Assembly (NCBI GenBank): GCA_020026415.1
Contig: JAHHQL010000004.1
Span: 22,959-86,958, forward strand
From: Alistipes sp.
Lineage (GTDB): Bacteria > Bacteroidota > Bacteroidia > Bacteroidales > Rikenellaceae
DNA length: 64,000 bases
Direction: 5' to 3'
In this document: piece by piece, positions 18,590 through 29,025 of the stretch
Layout: each line of letters begins with the position of its first letter
Position numbering within the stretch: position 1 is the first letter of the stretch
Made by a program: the position numbers and the translations under genes
The notes under the pieces: generated by a model
Database searches by the model: none
What the model was told of the DNA's origin: nothing
Seen by the model: only the letters and a program-made list of their open reading frames with translations

Positions 18590-19528
18590 ATGGTTAATAA
18601 CTTCGAGCAACTCAAAAAACGCATTCTTGAGTTGAAGCGCGAAAAGAATGCCGTGATCCTCGCCCACTACTACACCACTCCGGATGTGCAGGCCGTGGCG
18701 GATTTTTTGGGCGATTCGCTGGCCTTGTCGATCAAGGCGCAAAGCGTCGAAGCCGATACCCTGCTGTTTGCGGGGGTGCACTTCATGGCCGAAACCGCCA
18801 AGGTGCTCTGTCCCCGGAAACATGTGCTGATCCCCTGCCTTGAGGCCGGCTGCTCGTTGGCCGATTCGTGCAAGGCCGCCGATCTGGCAGCACTGAAAAA
18901 GCAATATCCCGACCATCTGGTCGTCTCCTATGTAAATACGACGGTCGAAGTGAAGGCTCTGACCGATATTTGCTGTACGTCGTCCAACGCACTGAAAGTC
19001 ATCGAGTCGATTCCCAAGGAGCAGCCCGTCATCTTTGCCCCCGACCGCAACTTGGGCGGATACATCAAACGTCTGACGGGGCGCGACAACATGATTCTCT
19101 GGGACGGAGCCTGCCATGTGCACGAGGATTTTTCGCTGGACAAACTCCGCGCCATGAAGGCAAAACACCCCGATGCCAAGGTGGTCGCTCACCCCGAGTG
19201 CAAGAGGGAACTGGTCGAGGAGGCCGATTATGTGGGTGCCACATCGGGCATCCTGAAGTTCTGCGGCACGGATCCCTGCAAGGAGTTTCTGGTCGTGACC
19301 GAGTCGGGCATCATCTCGGAGATGACGCGCCTTTATCCCGACAAACGCTTCATCCCCGCCCTGCCCCACAACTCGAACTGCTGCTGCAACGAGTGCAACT
19401 ACATGAAGATGATCACGCTGGAGAACATCTGCGCGTGTCTGGAGAAGGGCGAGCCCGAAGTGGAGATCGACGAAGACATCCGCCACAAGGCCGAGCGTTC
19501 GATTCTGAATATGATCGCAATCAAATAA
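18590..19528 (+). CDS. nadA: quinolinate synthase
   Basis: 312 aa with a typical NadA N-terminus (NAVILAHYYTTPDVQAVADFLGDSL) and conserved Cys residues. Confidence 0.93.
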   Translation: MVNNFEQLKKRILELKREKNAVILAHYYTTPDVQAVADFLGDSLALSIKAQSVEADTLLFAGVHFMAETAKVLCPRKHVLIPCLEAGCSLADSCKAADLAALKKQYPDHLVVSYVNTTVEVKALTDICCTSSNALKVIESIPKEQPVIFAPDRNLGGYIKRLTGRDNMILWDGACHVHEDFSLDKLRAMKAKHPDAKVVAHPECKRELVEEADYVGATSGILKFCGTDPCKEFLVVTESGIISEMTRLYPDKRFIPALPHNSNCCCNECNYMKMITLENICACLEKGEPEVEIDEDIRHKAERSILNMIAIK

Positions 19529-19553
19529 TTTCTTAACAACTAACAAAAACTAC

Positions 19554-21701
19554 ATGATGAAACGATTGTTTTTATTGGTGTGCGCCGTGTTTGTATCGCT
19601 GGCGGCACGCGCCGACGAGGGTATGTGGCTGCTGCCCTATCTGCAAAAGATGAACATCCAGCAGATGAAAGAGTACGGATGCCGTCTCTCGGCCGAAGAC
19701 ATTTACAGCATCAACCATTCGTCGCTGAAGGATGCCATCATCATCTTCGGTAACGGATGTACCGGCGAGATCGTCTCGAAGGAGGGTCTGATCTTCACGA
19801 ACCACCACTGTGGTTACGAATCAATCCAGAAACTCTCGTCGGAGGCTCACGACTACCTGAAATATGGTTTCTGGGCAAAGAACAACGAAGAGGAGTTGCC
19901 GGTGGACGGTCTGGAGGTGCGCTTCATCCGTCAGATCATCGACGTGACGGCCGAGATGACGGGCAACATCCCCTCGACCGCCAAGCAGACCGAGTATGAG
20001 GCCAAAGTCAGAGAGAACCGCGAGGCTCTCGTGAAGGCTCTCAAAAAGAAGAACCCCGGCATGGAGATCGTTGTGAAGGATTTCTTCGGCGGCAACCAGT
20101 TCTTTGCATTCGTGAAGGAGGTTTATACCGATATTCGTCTGGTGGGTACGCCTCCCTCGGCCATCGGAAAGTTCGGCGGTGACACCGACAACTGGATGTG
20201 GCCGCGTCATACGGGTGACTTCTCGGTATTCCGTGTGTATGCCGACAAAAACAACCGCCCCGCCGCTTATTCGAAGAACAACCGTCCCTATCAGGCAGAG
20301 ACCTTCCTGAAGGTTTCGACCGAGGGCTACGAGGAGAACGACTTCGGTATGATCATGGGTTTCCCCGGATCGACCCAGCGTTACATGACCTCGTATGAGA
20401 TCGACCACATGCTTGAGGTGGAGAACCCCCAGCGCATCTTCATCCGCGGCGAGCGTCAGAAACTCCTCATGGAGGATATGCTCGCGAGCGACAAGGTGCG
20501 TATCCAGTACGCATCGAAATACGCCGTTTCTTCGAATTACTGGAAAAATTCGATCGGTATGTCGCGTGGCATCGAGAAACTCGGTGTGAAGGCTCGAAAA
20601 CAGCAACAGGAGGAGTCTTATCAGACTTGGGCCGATGCCAACACGATGCCTCAGGAGGGTTTGCAGGGTGCCTTGAAGCTGATCCGCGAGAGCGTTGAGG
20701 GTAAGGAACCCTACTACGCATCAATGCAGTACATCAGCGAAGCACTGATGCGTGCCGTCGAGTTGATCACTCCTGCCCGCATCGCAACCGGTTACAGCGA
20801 GATGCTCTCTTCGAAGAAACTCAACGACAAGAAGAAGGCTGAAGCCGAGGCTGCCCTCGTGGAGATGATGACGAAGTTCTATAAGGACTTCAACCTCGCA
20901 ACCGACCGCAAGGTGGCACGCCGTATGTTTGAGATCACGAAGCAGAACTGCAAGGAACTGCCTTCGGTATTTGCGGAGGTGATCGACACCAAGTTCAACG
21001 GCAACACCGACGCATACGTCGATTATCTGTATCAGCATTCGGCGTTCTCGTCGTTGGAGAAGGCTCTGGAGGCTACCAAACTGGCTCCCGCCAAACTGGC
21101 TCAGGATCCCGCCGTGGTTCTGGCCGGTTCGGTAATGGCCAAGATGCAGGAATTGAGCGGCAAACTGGCCGAATCGAACGAGAAGTTCCGCGAGGGGCAC
21201 CGCCTCTACATCAAAGGTCTGATGATGCAGCAGCCCGACAAGGCTTGGGCATCGGATGCCAACTTCTCGATCCGCCTTACGTACGGTCGCATTCTGCCCT
21301 ACTCGCCTGCCGACGGTATCCGCTACAACTACTACACCACGCTGAAGGGTGTGATGGAGAAGGAGAATCCCGAAAGCCACGAGTTTGTCGTTCCGGAGCG
21401 TCTGAAGGAACTCTACAAGAACCGCGACTTCGGCGGTTATGCCAACGCCGCAGGCGAACTGCCCGTTGCATTCCTCGTGAACTGCGATATTACGGGCGGT
21501 AATTCGGGTTCGCCCGTCATGAACGCCGACGGTGAACTGATCGGTCTGGCATTCGACGGCAACTGGGAGGCTATGTCGGGCGACGTTGCCTTCGAGCCCG
21601 AATATCAGCGCACGATCGCCGTGGATGTTCGTTACGTACTCTTCGTGATGGACAAGTTCGGCGGTGCAGGCTGGCTGCTGAAGGAGATGGACATCCGTTA
21701 A
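19554..21701 (+). CDS. dpp7: S46-family dipeptidyl-peptidase, DPP7-like (Gly at S1 specificity position)
   Basis: Signal peptide followed by DEGMWL. Catalytic motifs TNHHCGY and GGNSGSP. Gly lies 18 residues after the catalytic Ser (FDGNWE). Confidence 0.85.
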   Translation: MMKRLFLLVCAVFVSLAARADEGMWLLPYLQKMNIQQMKEYGCRLSAEDIYSINHSSLKDAIIIFGNGCTGEIVSKEGLIFTNHHCGYESIQKLSSEAHDYLKYGFWAKNNEEELPVDGLEVRFIRQIIDVTAEMTGNIPSTAKQTEYEAKVRENREALVKALKKKNPGMEIVVKDFFGGNQFFAFVKEVYTDIRLVGTPPSAIGKFGGDTDNWMWPRHTGDFSVFRVYADKNNRPAAYSKNNRPYQAETFLKVSTEGYEENDFGMIMGFPGSTQRYMTSYEIDHMLEVENPQRIFIRGERQKLLMEDMLASDKVRIQYASKYAVSSNYWKNSIGMSRGIEKLGVKARKQQQEESYQTWADANTMPQEGLQGALKLIRESVEGKEPYYASMQYISEALMRAVELITPARIATGYSEMLSSKKLNDKKKAEAEAALVEMMTKFYKDFNLATDRKVARRMFEITKQNCKELPSVFAEVIDTKFNGNTDAYVDYLYQHSAFSSLEKALEATKLAPAKLAQDPAVVLAGSVMAKMQELSGKLAESNEKFREGHRLYIKGLMMQQPDKAWASDANFSIRLTYGRILPYSPADGIRYNYYTTLKGVMEKENPESHEFVVPERLKELYKNRDFGGYANAAGELPVAFLVNCDITGGNSGSPVMNADGELIGLAFDGNWEAMSGDVAFEPEYQRTIAVDVRYVLFVMDKFGGAGWLLKEMDIR

Positions 21702-21723
21702 GGAAAACTTCTTCAAAATATGG

Positions 21724-21763
21724 AAACAAAGGTAATCCCGCGGGGGTTACCTTTGTTTTTTTT
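21724..21763 (+). terminator. intrinsic terminator after the S46 (DPP7-like) gene
   Basis: AAACAAAGGTAA...TTACCTTTGTTT stem followed by a T-run. Confidence 0.85.
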
Positions 21764-22050
21764 AACAGGACGGAAGAGCGTTTTCAACAGTTGTTTTTCG
21801 GAGGCGGGAAAGATGTCGATAAACAGGTTTTTGCCTTTCTCAATACGCTGACAAACAGCGGAATGAAAATTGTGAACAACTGTTTATAACCTGTTGAGAA
21901 ACACTCCTTGGGGTTTTGCGCGAAAAGGGGTTGTAAACCGCTTGTGCGACAACCGTTTTAGAGAAAAAACGAGGTAATGCTTTTCTATCTTATTAAAAAT
22001 GTTTAAATTTACCCCATATTCGCTGAAAATACAAAAACACAATCAAATAC

Positions 22051-24093
22051 ATGGCAAAAGAATTTAAACGCTACCTCGTGACATCGGCTCTGCCCTATGC
22101 CAACGGTCCCGTGCACATCGGACACTTGGCCGGAGTGTACATTCCTTCGGATATTTATACGCGCTACCTGCGTTTGAAAGGTTGTGACGTGATCTCGGTC
22201 TGCGGATCGGACGAACACGGCGTACCCATCACCATCAAGGCCCGCAAAGAGGGTGTGAGCCCACAGGCGATTGTCGATCGCTACCATGCGCTCATCAAAC
22301 GTTCGTTCGAGCGTCTGGGCATGTCGTTTGACATCTATTCGCGCACCTCGTCCGAGACCCACGCCAAAACTGCCTCGGAGTTCTTCCGCAAACTCTACGA
22401 TGACGGCAAGTTCATCGAGAAAACGTCCGAGCAGTACTACGACACGGAGGCCGATACGTTCCTTGCCGACCGTTATATCGTGGGTACCTGCCCCAAGTGC
22501 GGTAACGAGCGTGCCTACGGCGACCAGTGCGAGGCGTGCGGTTCGACGCTTTCGCCCGACGAACTGATCAACCCCCACAGTGCCGTGTCGGGTTCGGTGC
22601 CCGTCAAGAAAAAGACCACCCACTGGTACCTTCCGCTGGATCAGTACGAAGGATTCCTGCGCGAGTGGATTCTGGAGGGGCACAAGGAGTGGAAAACCAA
22701 CGTCTATGGCCAGTGCAAAAGTTGGTTGGACGGCGGTCTCCAGCCCCGTGCCGTGAGCCGCGACTTGGATTGGGGTATTCCCGTGCCGGTGGAGGGTGCC
22801 GAGGGTAAGGTACTCTACGTATGGTTCGACGCCCCGATCGGTTACATCTCCGCCACGAAGGATCTGACGCCCGACTGGGAGAAGTATTGGAAATCGGAGG
22901 ATACGAAACTCGTTCACTTCATCGGTAAGGACAATATCGTGTTCCACTGCATCGTGTTCCCCTCGATGTTGAAGGCACACGGCGGTTACATTCTGCCCGA
23001 AAACGTACCCTCGAACGAGTTCCTCAATCTGGAGGGCGACAAGATCTCGACATCGAGAAACTGGGCGGTCTGGTTGCACGAATACCTCGACGAGTTCCCC
23101 GGCAAGGAGGATGTCCTGCGTTATGTGCTGTGTGCCAATGCCCCCGAAACGAAGGACAACGACTTCACGTGGAAGGATTTTCAGTCGCGCAACAATTCGG
23201 AACTGGTTGCCGTGCTGGGTAACTTTGTAAACCGTGCCTTGGTTCTGACGCAGAAATATTTTGACGGTGTGGTTCCCGCTTGTGGCGACTTGACCGACTA
23301 CGACCGCGAAACGATCCGTGAGATGTCGGAGGTGAAAGCCCGTTTGGAAGACAACATCGAGCATTACCACTTCCGCGAGGCATTGAAGGATGCCATGAAC
23401 TTCTCGCGTATCGGTAACAAATATCTGGCCGACACCGAGCCTTGGAAGGTCTGGAAGACCGATCCCAAGCGTGTGGAGACCATCTTGAACATCGCGCTTC
23501 AGATCACGGCCAACACGGCGATCGCCATCGAGCCGTTCATGCCGTTCTCGGCCGAGAAGATCCTCCGCATGTTGCAGTTGGAGAACTTCGGATGGGAGCG
23601 TATGGGTGCCACCGACCTCGTTGAGGACGGTCACCGCATCGGCAAGCCCGAACTGCTGTTCGAGAAGATCGAGGATGACGTGATCCAGAAGCAACTGGAC
23701 AAACTCGCCGCCACGAAAGCCGCCAATCAGGCAGCCGAGGCTGCGCAGAACATCGAACCGCAGAAGGAGAGCGTGTCGTTCGACGATTTCCAGAAGATGG
23801 ATATCCGCGTATCGACCATCCTTGAGGCGGAGAAGGTTGCCAAGACCAAGAAACTCCTCAAACTGACGATTGATACGGGTATCGACAAGCGTGTCATCGT
23901 ATCGGGTATCGCCGAGCATTTCACCCCTGAGGAGTTGGTGGGTCGTCAGGTGCTGGTTCTGGTGAACCTCGAACCGCGTATGTTGCGCGGCATCGAGTCG
24001 AAGGGTATGATCCTCATGGCGGAGGATGCTTCGGGCAAACTGCGCCTGTTGCAGCCCGACGACAAGGTTACGTGCGGTGCGCAGGTGGGTTAG
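22051..24093 (+). CDS. metG: methionine--tRNA ligase with C-terminal tRNA-binding domain
   Basis: HIGH motif ([11 protein letters not shown]), Zn knuckle CPKCGN..CEACG, and a KISTS (KMSKS-type) loop. Confidence 0.96.
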   Translation: MAKEFKRYLVTSALPYANGPVHIGHLAGVYIPSDIYTRYLRLKGCDVISVCGSDEHGVPITIKARKEGVSPQAIVDRYHALIKRSFERLGMSFDIYSRTSSETHAKTASEFFRKLYDDGKFIEKTSEQYYDTEADTFLADRYIVGTCPKCGNERAYGDQCEACGSTLSPDELINPHSAVSGSVPVKKKTTHWYLPLDQYEGFLREWILEGHKEWKTNVYGQCKSWLDGGLQPRAVSRDLDWGIPVPVEGAEGKVLYVWFDAPIGYISATKDLTPDWEKYWKSEDTKLVHFIGKDNIVFHCIVFPSMLKAHGGYILPENVPSNEFLNLEGDKISTSRNWAVWLHEYLDEFPGKEDVLRYVLCANAPETKDNDFTWKDFQSRNNSELVAVLGNFVNRALVLTQKYFDGVVPACGDLTDYDRETIREMSEVKARLEDNIEHYHFREALKDAMNFSRIGNKYLADTEPWKVWKTDPKRVETILNIALQITANTAIAIEPFMPFSAEKILRMLQLENFGWERMGATDLVEDGHRIGKPELLFEKIEDDVIQKQLDKLAATKAANQAAEAAQNIEPQKESVSFDDFQKMDIRVSTILEAEKVAKTKKLLKLTIDTGIDKRVIVSGIAEHFTPEELVGRQVLVLVNLEPRMLRGIESKGMILMAEDASGKLRLLQPDDKVTCGAQVG

Positions 24094-24178
24094 TCCCTCG
24101 CGCGTACGCTTTTAAAGAATATATTCACATCGGGTGCATCCCTCCGCCAAAAAGGAGGGATGTGCCGTATTCAAATAA

Positions 24179-25198
24179 ATGATTATGGAAAACATGGATT
24201 GGTCGAATTTAGGTTTTGATTATCACAAGACCGATTATAATGTGCGCTATACCTATACCGACGGTGCATGGAGCGAAATGCAGGTGACGCAGGATGAGTT
24301 TATCAACATCCACATGTCGGCATCGTGTCTGCACTACGGTATCGAACTCTTCGAGGGTTTGAAGGCTTTCCGCGGTCAGGACGGCAAGGTACGTCTGTTC
24401 CGTGTCGAGGAGAACGCACGCCGTCTGCAATCCTCCGCCAAACGACTCTGCCTGCCCGTACCGACGGTCAAGATGGTCGTCAAGGCGTGTGAAGAGGTGG
24501 TGCGCAGAAACCTCAAATTCGTACCCCCCTACGAATCGGGTGCTTCGCTTTACCTGCGTCCGGTGATGTTCGGAACGTCCGTGGGGCTGGGCATCAAACC
24601 CTCGAAGGAGGCTCTGCTGGTGATTTACGCATCGCCCGTGGGTGCTTATTTCAAGGAGGGCATCAAACCCATCCGTGTGGTAATCGACCGTATTCAGGAT
24701 CGTGCGGCACCCCGCGGTACGGGTGACGTGAAGGTGGGCGGTAACTATGCCGCAAGCCTCATGTCGGGCGAGAAGGCACACGATGACGGCTATTCGAACG
24801 TGATGTATCTCGATGCCGCCGAGCACAAATACATCGAGGAGTGCGGTGCCGCCAACTTCTTCGGCATCAGACAGGGCAAATACATTACCCCTCACTCTTC
24901 GTCCGTTCTGCCCTCGATCACGAACAAATCGCTGCGCCAACTGGCCGCCGATATGGGGCTGGAGGTCGAGCAGCGTCTGATTCCCGTTGAGGAACTCTCC
25001 ACGTTCGAGGAGTGCGGTGCGTGCGGTACGGCTGCCGTGATCGCTCCGATCGAGTTGATCCACGACCGGCAGACGGGCGTCACCTACAAATACGGCAACA
25101 AGGTGGGCGAATACTCGCTGCGTTTATATACCGCTTTGCAGGATATTCAGTACGGCCGTGCCGAGGACAAATACGGTTGGTGTACCGTCATCGAATAA
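24179..25198 (+). CDS. ilvE: branched-chain amino acid aminotransferase
   Basis: 339 aa, fold-type IV aminotransferase-like sequence (CLHYGIELFEGLKAFR, VGGNYAASL). Confidence 0.9.
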   Translation: MIMENMDWSNLGFDYHKTDYNVRYTYTDGAWSEMQVTQDEFINIHMSASCLHYGIELFEGLKAFRGQDGKVRLFRVEENARRLQSSAKRLCLPVPTVKMVVKACEEVVRRNLKFVPPYESGASLYLRPVMFGTSVGLGIKPSKEALLVIYASPVGAYFKEGIKPIRVVIDRIQDRAAPRGTGDVKVGGNYAASLMSGEKAHDDGYSNVMYLDAAEHKYIEECGAANFFGIRQGKYITPHSSSVLPSITNKSLRQLAADMGLEVEQRLIPVEELSTFEECGACGTAAVIAPIELIHDRQTGVTYKYGNKVGEYSLRLYTALQDIQYGRAEDKYGWCTVIE

Positions 25199-25219
25199 GA
25201 GATTCGTATATATATAAGG

Positions 25220-25260
25220 GAAAAGCCGTGATGCAGATCTTGCAGCACGGCTTTTTTTTG
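25220..25260 (+). terminator. intrinsic terminator after ilvE
   Basis: GCCGTGATGCA-GATCT-TGCAGCACGGC stem (1 mismatch) followed by T8. Confidence 0.8.
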
Positions 25261-25275
25261 TGGTTATGAACAGAC

Positions 25276-27189
25276 TTATCGTCCGAAACGGATCAACAAC
25301 ACATTGACATCGGCGGGCGAGACTCCCGAAATGCGCGAAGCCTGTCCGATGGTCTGCGGACGGATGCGCGAGAGTTTCTGACGCGCTTCGATCGTAAGGG
25401 CGTTCATCGACATGTAGTCGAAATCGTCGGGAATGCGGATGTTCTCCAGACGGTGGAGTTTCTCGGCGATGAATTTCTCACGCTCAATGTAGCCGCGATA
25501 TTTGATCTGAATCTCGGCCTCTTCGACGACTTCACGATCCATCTCCTCCGTGGCGATGAATTTCTTCAGACGGGGGAGTGCCTCCTGAATCGAGGAGAAA
25601 GTCACGTTGTTGCGGCGCAGGACATCGTAGAGTTTGCGCCCCTGCGTCAGCGGGTCATTGCCCACGGACACCAGATAATCGTTGATTTCGTCCGCTTTGA
25701 CGCTGTATTTGCGGGTGTAGGCGATGAGTTTTTCGACCTGCTCGTTCTTGCGCACGAAATCGGCGTAACGCTCCTCGGAAATCAGACCGATGCGGTGGCC
25801 GATGGGCGTAAGACGGATGTCGGCATTGTCCTGACGGAGCAGGATGCGGTATTCAGCACGCGAAGTGAACATACGGTAGGGTTCATCGACCCCTTTGGTG
25901 ACGAGATCGTCGATCAGCACACCGATATACGCCTCATCGCGTTGCAGGATGACGGGTTCCTTGCCGACCAAAGACTGGTGGGCATTGATGGCCGCCATCA
26001 GACCCTGTGCGGCGGCTTCTTCGTAGCCTGTCGTGCCATTGACCTGCCCCGCGAAGTACAGACCCGACACCGGACGGGTTTCGAGCGAGTGGTGCAACTG
26101 TGTGGGCGGAAAATAGTCGTATTCGATGGCGTAACCCGGACGGAAAATATGGAGGTTCTCCAAGCCGCGGATCTTGTGGATCGCCTCCCACTGCACCTCC
26201 CACGGGAGCGACGACGAGAAGCCGTTGAGGTAGTATTCGTTGGTCGAACGGCCTTCGGGTTCGAGGAACAATTGGTGCTGATCCTTATCGGCGAACGTGC
26301 GCAGTTTGTCCTCGATCGAGGGGCAGTAGCGCGGGCCGATGCCGTGGATCGTGCCGTTGAACAGGGGTGAACGGTCGAATCCCGTACGCAGGATGTCGTG
26401 CACCTCCTTCGAGGTGTAAACCAAGTAGCAGGGCATCTGATTCTCCACGGGGCGGGTCTGCTTCGAGAAGGAGAATTTGGCGGGATCCTCGTCACCGGGT
26501 TGGGGTTCGAGGATCGAGAAGTCGATCGTGCGGGCATCCAGACGCGAGGGCGTACCCGTCTTCATGCGTCCCGACCGAAAGCCGACGGCTTCGAGTGAAG
26601 CGGTGATGCCGTGCGAGGCGGCATCTCCCGCACGACCGCCCTCGGCGTGGGCGGCACCGCAGTGCATCATGCCTTCAAGGAACGTACCGGCGGTGAGGAT
26701 CACCTTGCGTGCAGCAAATTCAACACCCATACGGGTTCTCACGCCCACCACGCGGCGGGTCTGCTCCGAGAAATTGCGCTCGTCGCCCTCCTTCAGATCT
26801 TCAAAAATAAGGTCGGTCGCCGCATCTTGCCAGATGTAGAGGTTGTCGGTATTTTCGAGCGTGTGACGCCATTCCTCCGAGAAGCGCGACTTGTCGCACT
26901 GGGCGCGGGGACTCCACATGGCGGCTCCCTTTGAGCGGTTGAGCATGCGGAACTGGATGGCCGTGAGGTCGGTGATGCGACCCGTCTGACCGCCGAGCGC
27001 GTCGATTTCGCGGACGATCTGTCCCTTGGCAACGCCACCGATGGCGGGGTTGCACGACATGTTGGCCGTCTTGGTCATATCCATCGTCAGGAGCAGGGTG
27101 CGCGAACCGAGGCGTGCCGCAGCCGAAGCCGCCTCACAACCGGCGTGACCGCCACCGATGACGATGATGTCGTATTCGAGTTTTTTCAT
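25276..27189 (-). CDS. mnmG: tRNA uridine-5-carboxymethylaminomethyl modification enzyme MnmG (GidA)
   Basis: 637 aa with FAD motif YDIIVIGGGHAGCEAA and the typical GidA sequence throughout. Confidence 0.96.
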   Translation of the reverse strand: MKKLEYDIIVIGGGHAGCEAASAAARLGSRTLLLTMDMTKTANMSCNPAIGGVAKGQIVREIDALGGQTGRITDLTAIQFRMLNRSKGAAMWSPRAQCDKSRFSEEWRHTLENTDNLYIWQDAATDLIFEDLKEGDERNFSEQTRRVVGVRTRMGVEFAARKVILTAGTFLEGMMHCGAAHAEGGRAGDAASHGITASLEAVGFRSGRMKTGTPSRLDARTIDFSILEPQPGDEDPAKFSFSKQTRPVENQMPCYLVYTSKEVHDILRTGFDRSPLFNGTIHGIGPRYCPSIEDKLRTFADKDQHQLFLEPEGRSTNEYYLNGFSSSLPWEVQWEAIHKIRGLENLHIFRPGYAIEYDYFPPTQLHHSLETRPVSGLYFAGQVNGTTGYEEAAAQGLMAAINAHQSLVGKEPVILQRDEAYIGVLIDDLVTKGVDEPYRMFTSRAEYRILLRQDNADIRLTPIGHRIGLISEERYADFVRKNEQVEKLIAYTRKYSVKADEINDYLVSVGNDPLTQGRKLYDVLRRNNVTFSSIQEALPRLKKFIATEEMDREVVEEAEIQIKYRGYIEREKFIAEKLHRLENIRIPDDFDYMSMNALTIEARQKLSRIRPQTIGQASRISGVSPADVNVLLIRFGR

Positions 27190-27310
27190 GTTGTCGGATG
27201 TTCAAACATAATGCCCGGCGGAAGAAAAGCCTCGGACGCGGGGCGGCCTTTCGGTTTCTTTCGGACGGAGCGGTATTATGTGCCTTACGGCGGGAAGGAC
27301 GGGAACTTTC
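27190..27310 (-). repeat. spacer between ybeY and mnmG that is C-rich and G-poor on the transcribed (-) strand
   Basis: G-rich on the + strand. Contains CTCGGACGCGG and TCGGACGGAG (27261-27270), related to the 50860-50983 spacer. Confidence 0.5.
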
Positions 27311-27757
27311 CTAACGGAGATACTCCATGGGTTCGCCTTTCCAGAATCGGAGGTATTTGTCCTCCTTGCGGTGCATCTGTTTGTTGGTGCGGGGTGTTTT
27401 GTCGTTCTGACCGCAGAGGTGCAGCACGCCGTGAACCACCACGCGGCGCATCTCCTGAAGTTTCGTGAAGCCGTAAATACGGGCATTGTCCGCCACGGTC
27501 TCCACGTCGATGAACACCTCGCCCTCGACGATTTTCGTCCCTTTGCGGTCGGAATAGTCGAACGTGATGACATCGGTGAAGTAGTCGTGATGGAGGAACT
27601 GGCGGTTCATCTCCAGAAGTTTCTGTGCCGAGCAGAATACGTAGGTCACATCGCCCAGCGTGTAACCCTCCGCCTCGGCCACTTGTTTGAGCCATTCCGC
27701 CGTGCGTCGTTTTTCGGGCAGGCGGTAGGTGCAGTCGTCGTTATAGTACCTTACCAT
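27311..27757 (-). CDS. ybeY: rRNA maturation endoribonuclease YbeY
   Basis: 148 aa with the metal-binding motif HGVLHLCG. Confidence 0.93.
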   Translation of the reverse strand: MVRYYNDDCTYRLPEKRRTAEWLKQVAEAEGYTLGDVTYVFCSAQKLLEMNRQFLHHDYFTDVITFDYSDRKGTKIVEGEVFIDVETVADNARIYGFTKLQEMRRVVVHGVLHLCGQNDKTPRTNKQMHRKEDKYLRFWKGEPMEYLR

Positions 27758-27809
27758 AGAAATTTATGTAAGTTCCGCGGGGGCGTGATTGCCCCGGTCG
27801 CGTTTGGTG

Positions 27810-27817
27810 CAAAAGTA
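27810..27817 (-). promoter_or_regulatory. -7 box TACTTTTG upstream of ybeY
   Basis: Exact TAnnTTTG on the reverse strand, 52 nt from ATG 27757. Confidence 0.5.
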
Positions 27818-27891
27818 CGAAAATATGTTGAGAACGCGGTTGAAAATTGTCGTTTTTACAAAATTAGTACTGGAAAGCGGGACGGCGGGTG

Positions 27892-29025
27892 TTATTTCCG
27901 GAAGCAGTCGCGGGCATTCATCTGGGTCGATTCGTTCGGCGGATAGATGCCGAAGATGATGCGGTAGTCGAGGTTCATCGTCGAGATGTCGAGCGACGAT
28001 CCGATCGTGCCGATCTGTTGGTTGCGCTCGACCTTCGCCCCCTTTTCGACGCATACCGTCGAGAGGTTGGCATAGGTCGAAATATACTCTCCGTGAGCCA
28101 CATACACATCGAAATGGTTGTTGATGCGGTTGCGGCGGATATCGACCACCTTACCCGTGTAGATCGTGATGACCTGCGCGCCCTTCGCGCCCGTGATCTC
28201 CGCCATGTTGCCCATGTAGCGTTTGACGTTACCGCCCACGACGGGAAGTCTTAAGCCCGTGGTCTTGCGCGAGAACGAATCACCCTCCTTGTTGCCCTTT
28301 GTCAGACGACGCATCTCGGCAATCGCCGAATCGAGTTCCTGTTCGCGCGAATTTTTGCGGTTCAGGGCACGGCGTTCGCTCGAAGAGAGTTTTTGGACGG
28401 AGGCGCGGGCGGAATTGATCTCGCGTTGGAGTTTCTGACGTTCGTCCGTCAGTTTTTCGGACACCTTGTCCAATGATGCTTTGCGTTCGGTAAGCAGGGC
28501 AAGTTGTTTCTTGAGTTCGGCGTTCTCGGTGTTGATCTGCACCATCTTGTTGCGACGGGCGGCACTCATTTCGCGCAGGATGGTGAGTTTACGCGCCATC
28601 TGTTCGAAGTCTTTCGAGGCAAAAAGATAGGTCAGAAAGTTGTTGTGCTGATAATTGCGGTAGGCCTCGCGTACCATGACGGCATATTGACGGCGGTTCG
28701 CCTCCAGCGAGGTGCTCAATTTGCCCATCGTCTCGTCGGCCTTGCGGATGTCGGCCGCGAGCATGTCGCGCTCCTTCTCGGTCTCCTCGATCAGACGGTT
28801 ACGGTTCGAGATCTGCCGGGCGACACGACGGATGCACTCCTTGGCGGAGGATTTGCTCTTGCGGAGTTTCTGGATGTTGGCCTCCTCGCGGGCAATCTCA
28901 TGTTCGAGACGTTCGATTTTCTCCTTCTGGCGTTTGAGTTGCTCGGTATTCTGTGCAAAGAGGGTCGTCGTACCGAAGACCGCGAGCAGCAGCAGGGTGA
29001 TCAGCGTGTGTTTGAACTCATTCAT
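27892..29025 (-). CDS. M23-family murein hydrolase activator (EnvC-like, coiled-coil + LytM domain)
   Basis: Start taken at ATG 29025 (MNEFKHTLITLLLLAVFG..., a signal peptide). Long Q/E/K/R-rich coiled coil and a C-terminal M23 domain. Overlaps the upstream TPR gene by 8 nt. Confidence 0.85.
   Translation of the reverse strand: MNEFKHTLITLLLLAVFGTTTLFAQNTEQLKRQKEKIERLEHEIAREEANIQKLRKSKSSAKECIRRVARQISNRNRLIEETEKERDMLAADIRKADETMGKLSTSLEANRRQYAVMVREAYRNYQHNNFLTYLFASKDFEQMARKLTILREMSAARRNKMVQINTENAELKKQLALLTERKASLDKVSEKLTDERQKLQREINSARASVQKLSSSERRALNRKNSREQELDSAIAEMRRLTKGNKEGDSFSRKTTGLRLPVVGGNVKRYMGNMAEITGAKGAQVITIYTGKVVDIRRNRINNHFDVYVAHGEYISTYANLSTVCVEKGAKVERNQQIGTIGSSLDISTMNLDYRIIFGIYPPNESTQMNARDCFRK

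Noticed and set aside
22009-23919. 636-aa ORF on the - strand
   Set aside because: It is antisense to metG, which carries HIGH/KMSKS-type motifs. No motifs were recognised in this ORF. Other long antisense ORFs were rejected on the same grounds: 6-938, 15215-16867, 36673-38088, 38099-39556, 59266-60873 and 61757-63487.
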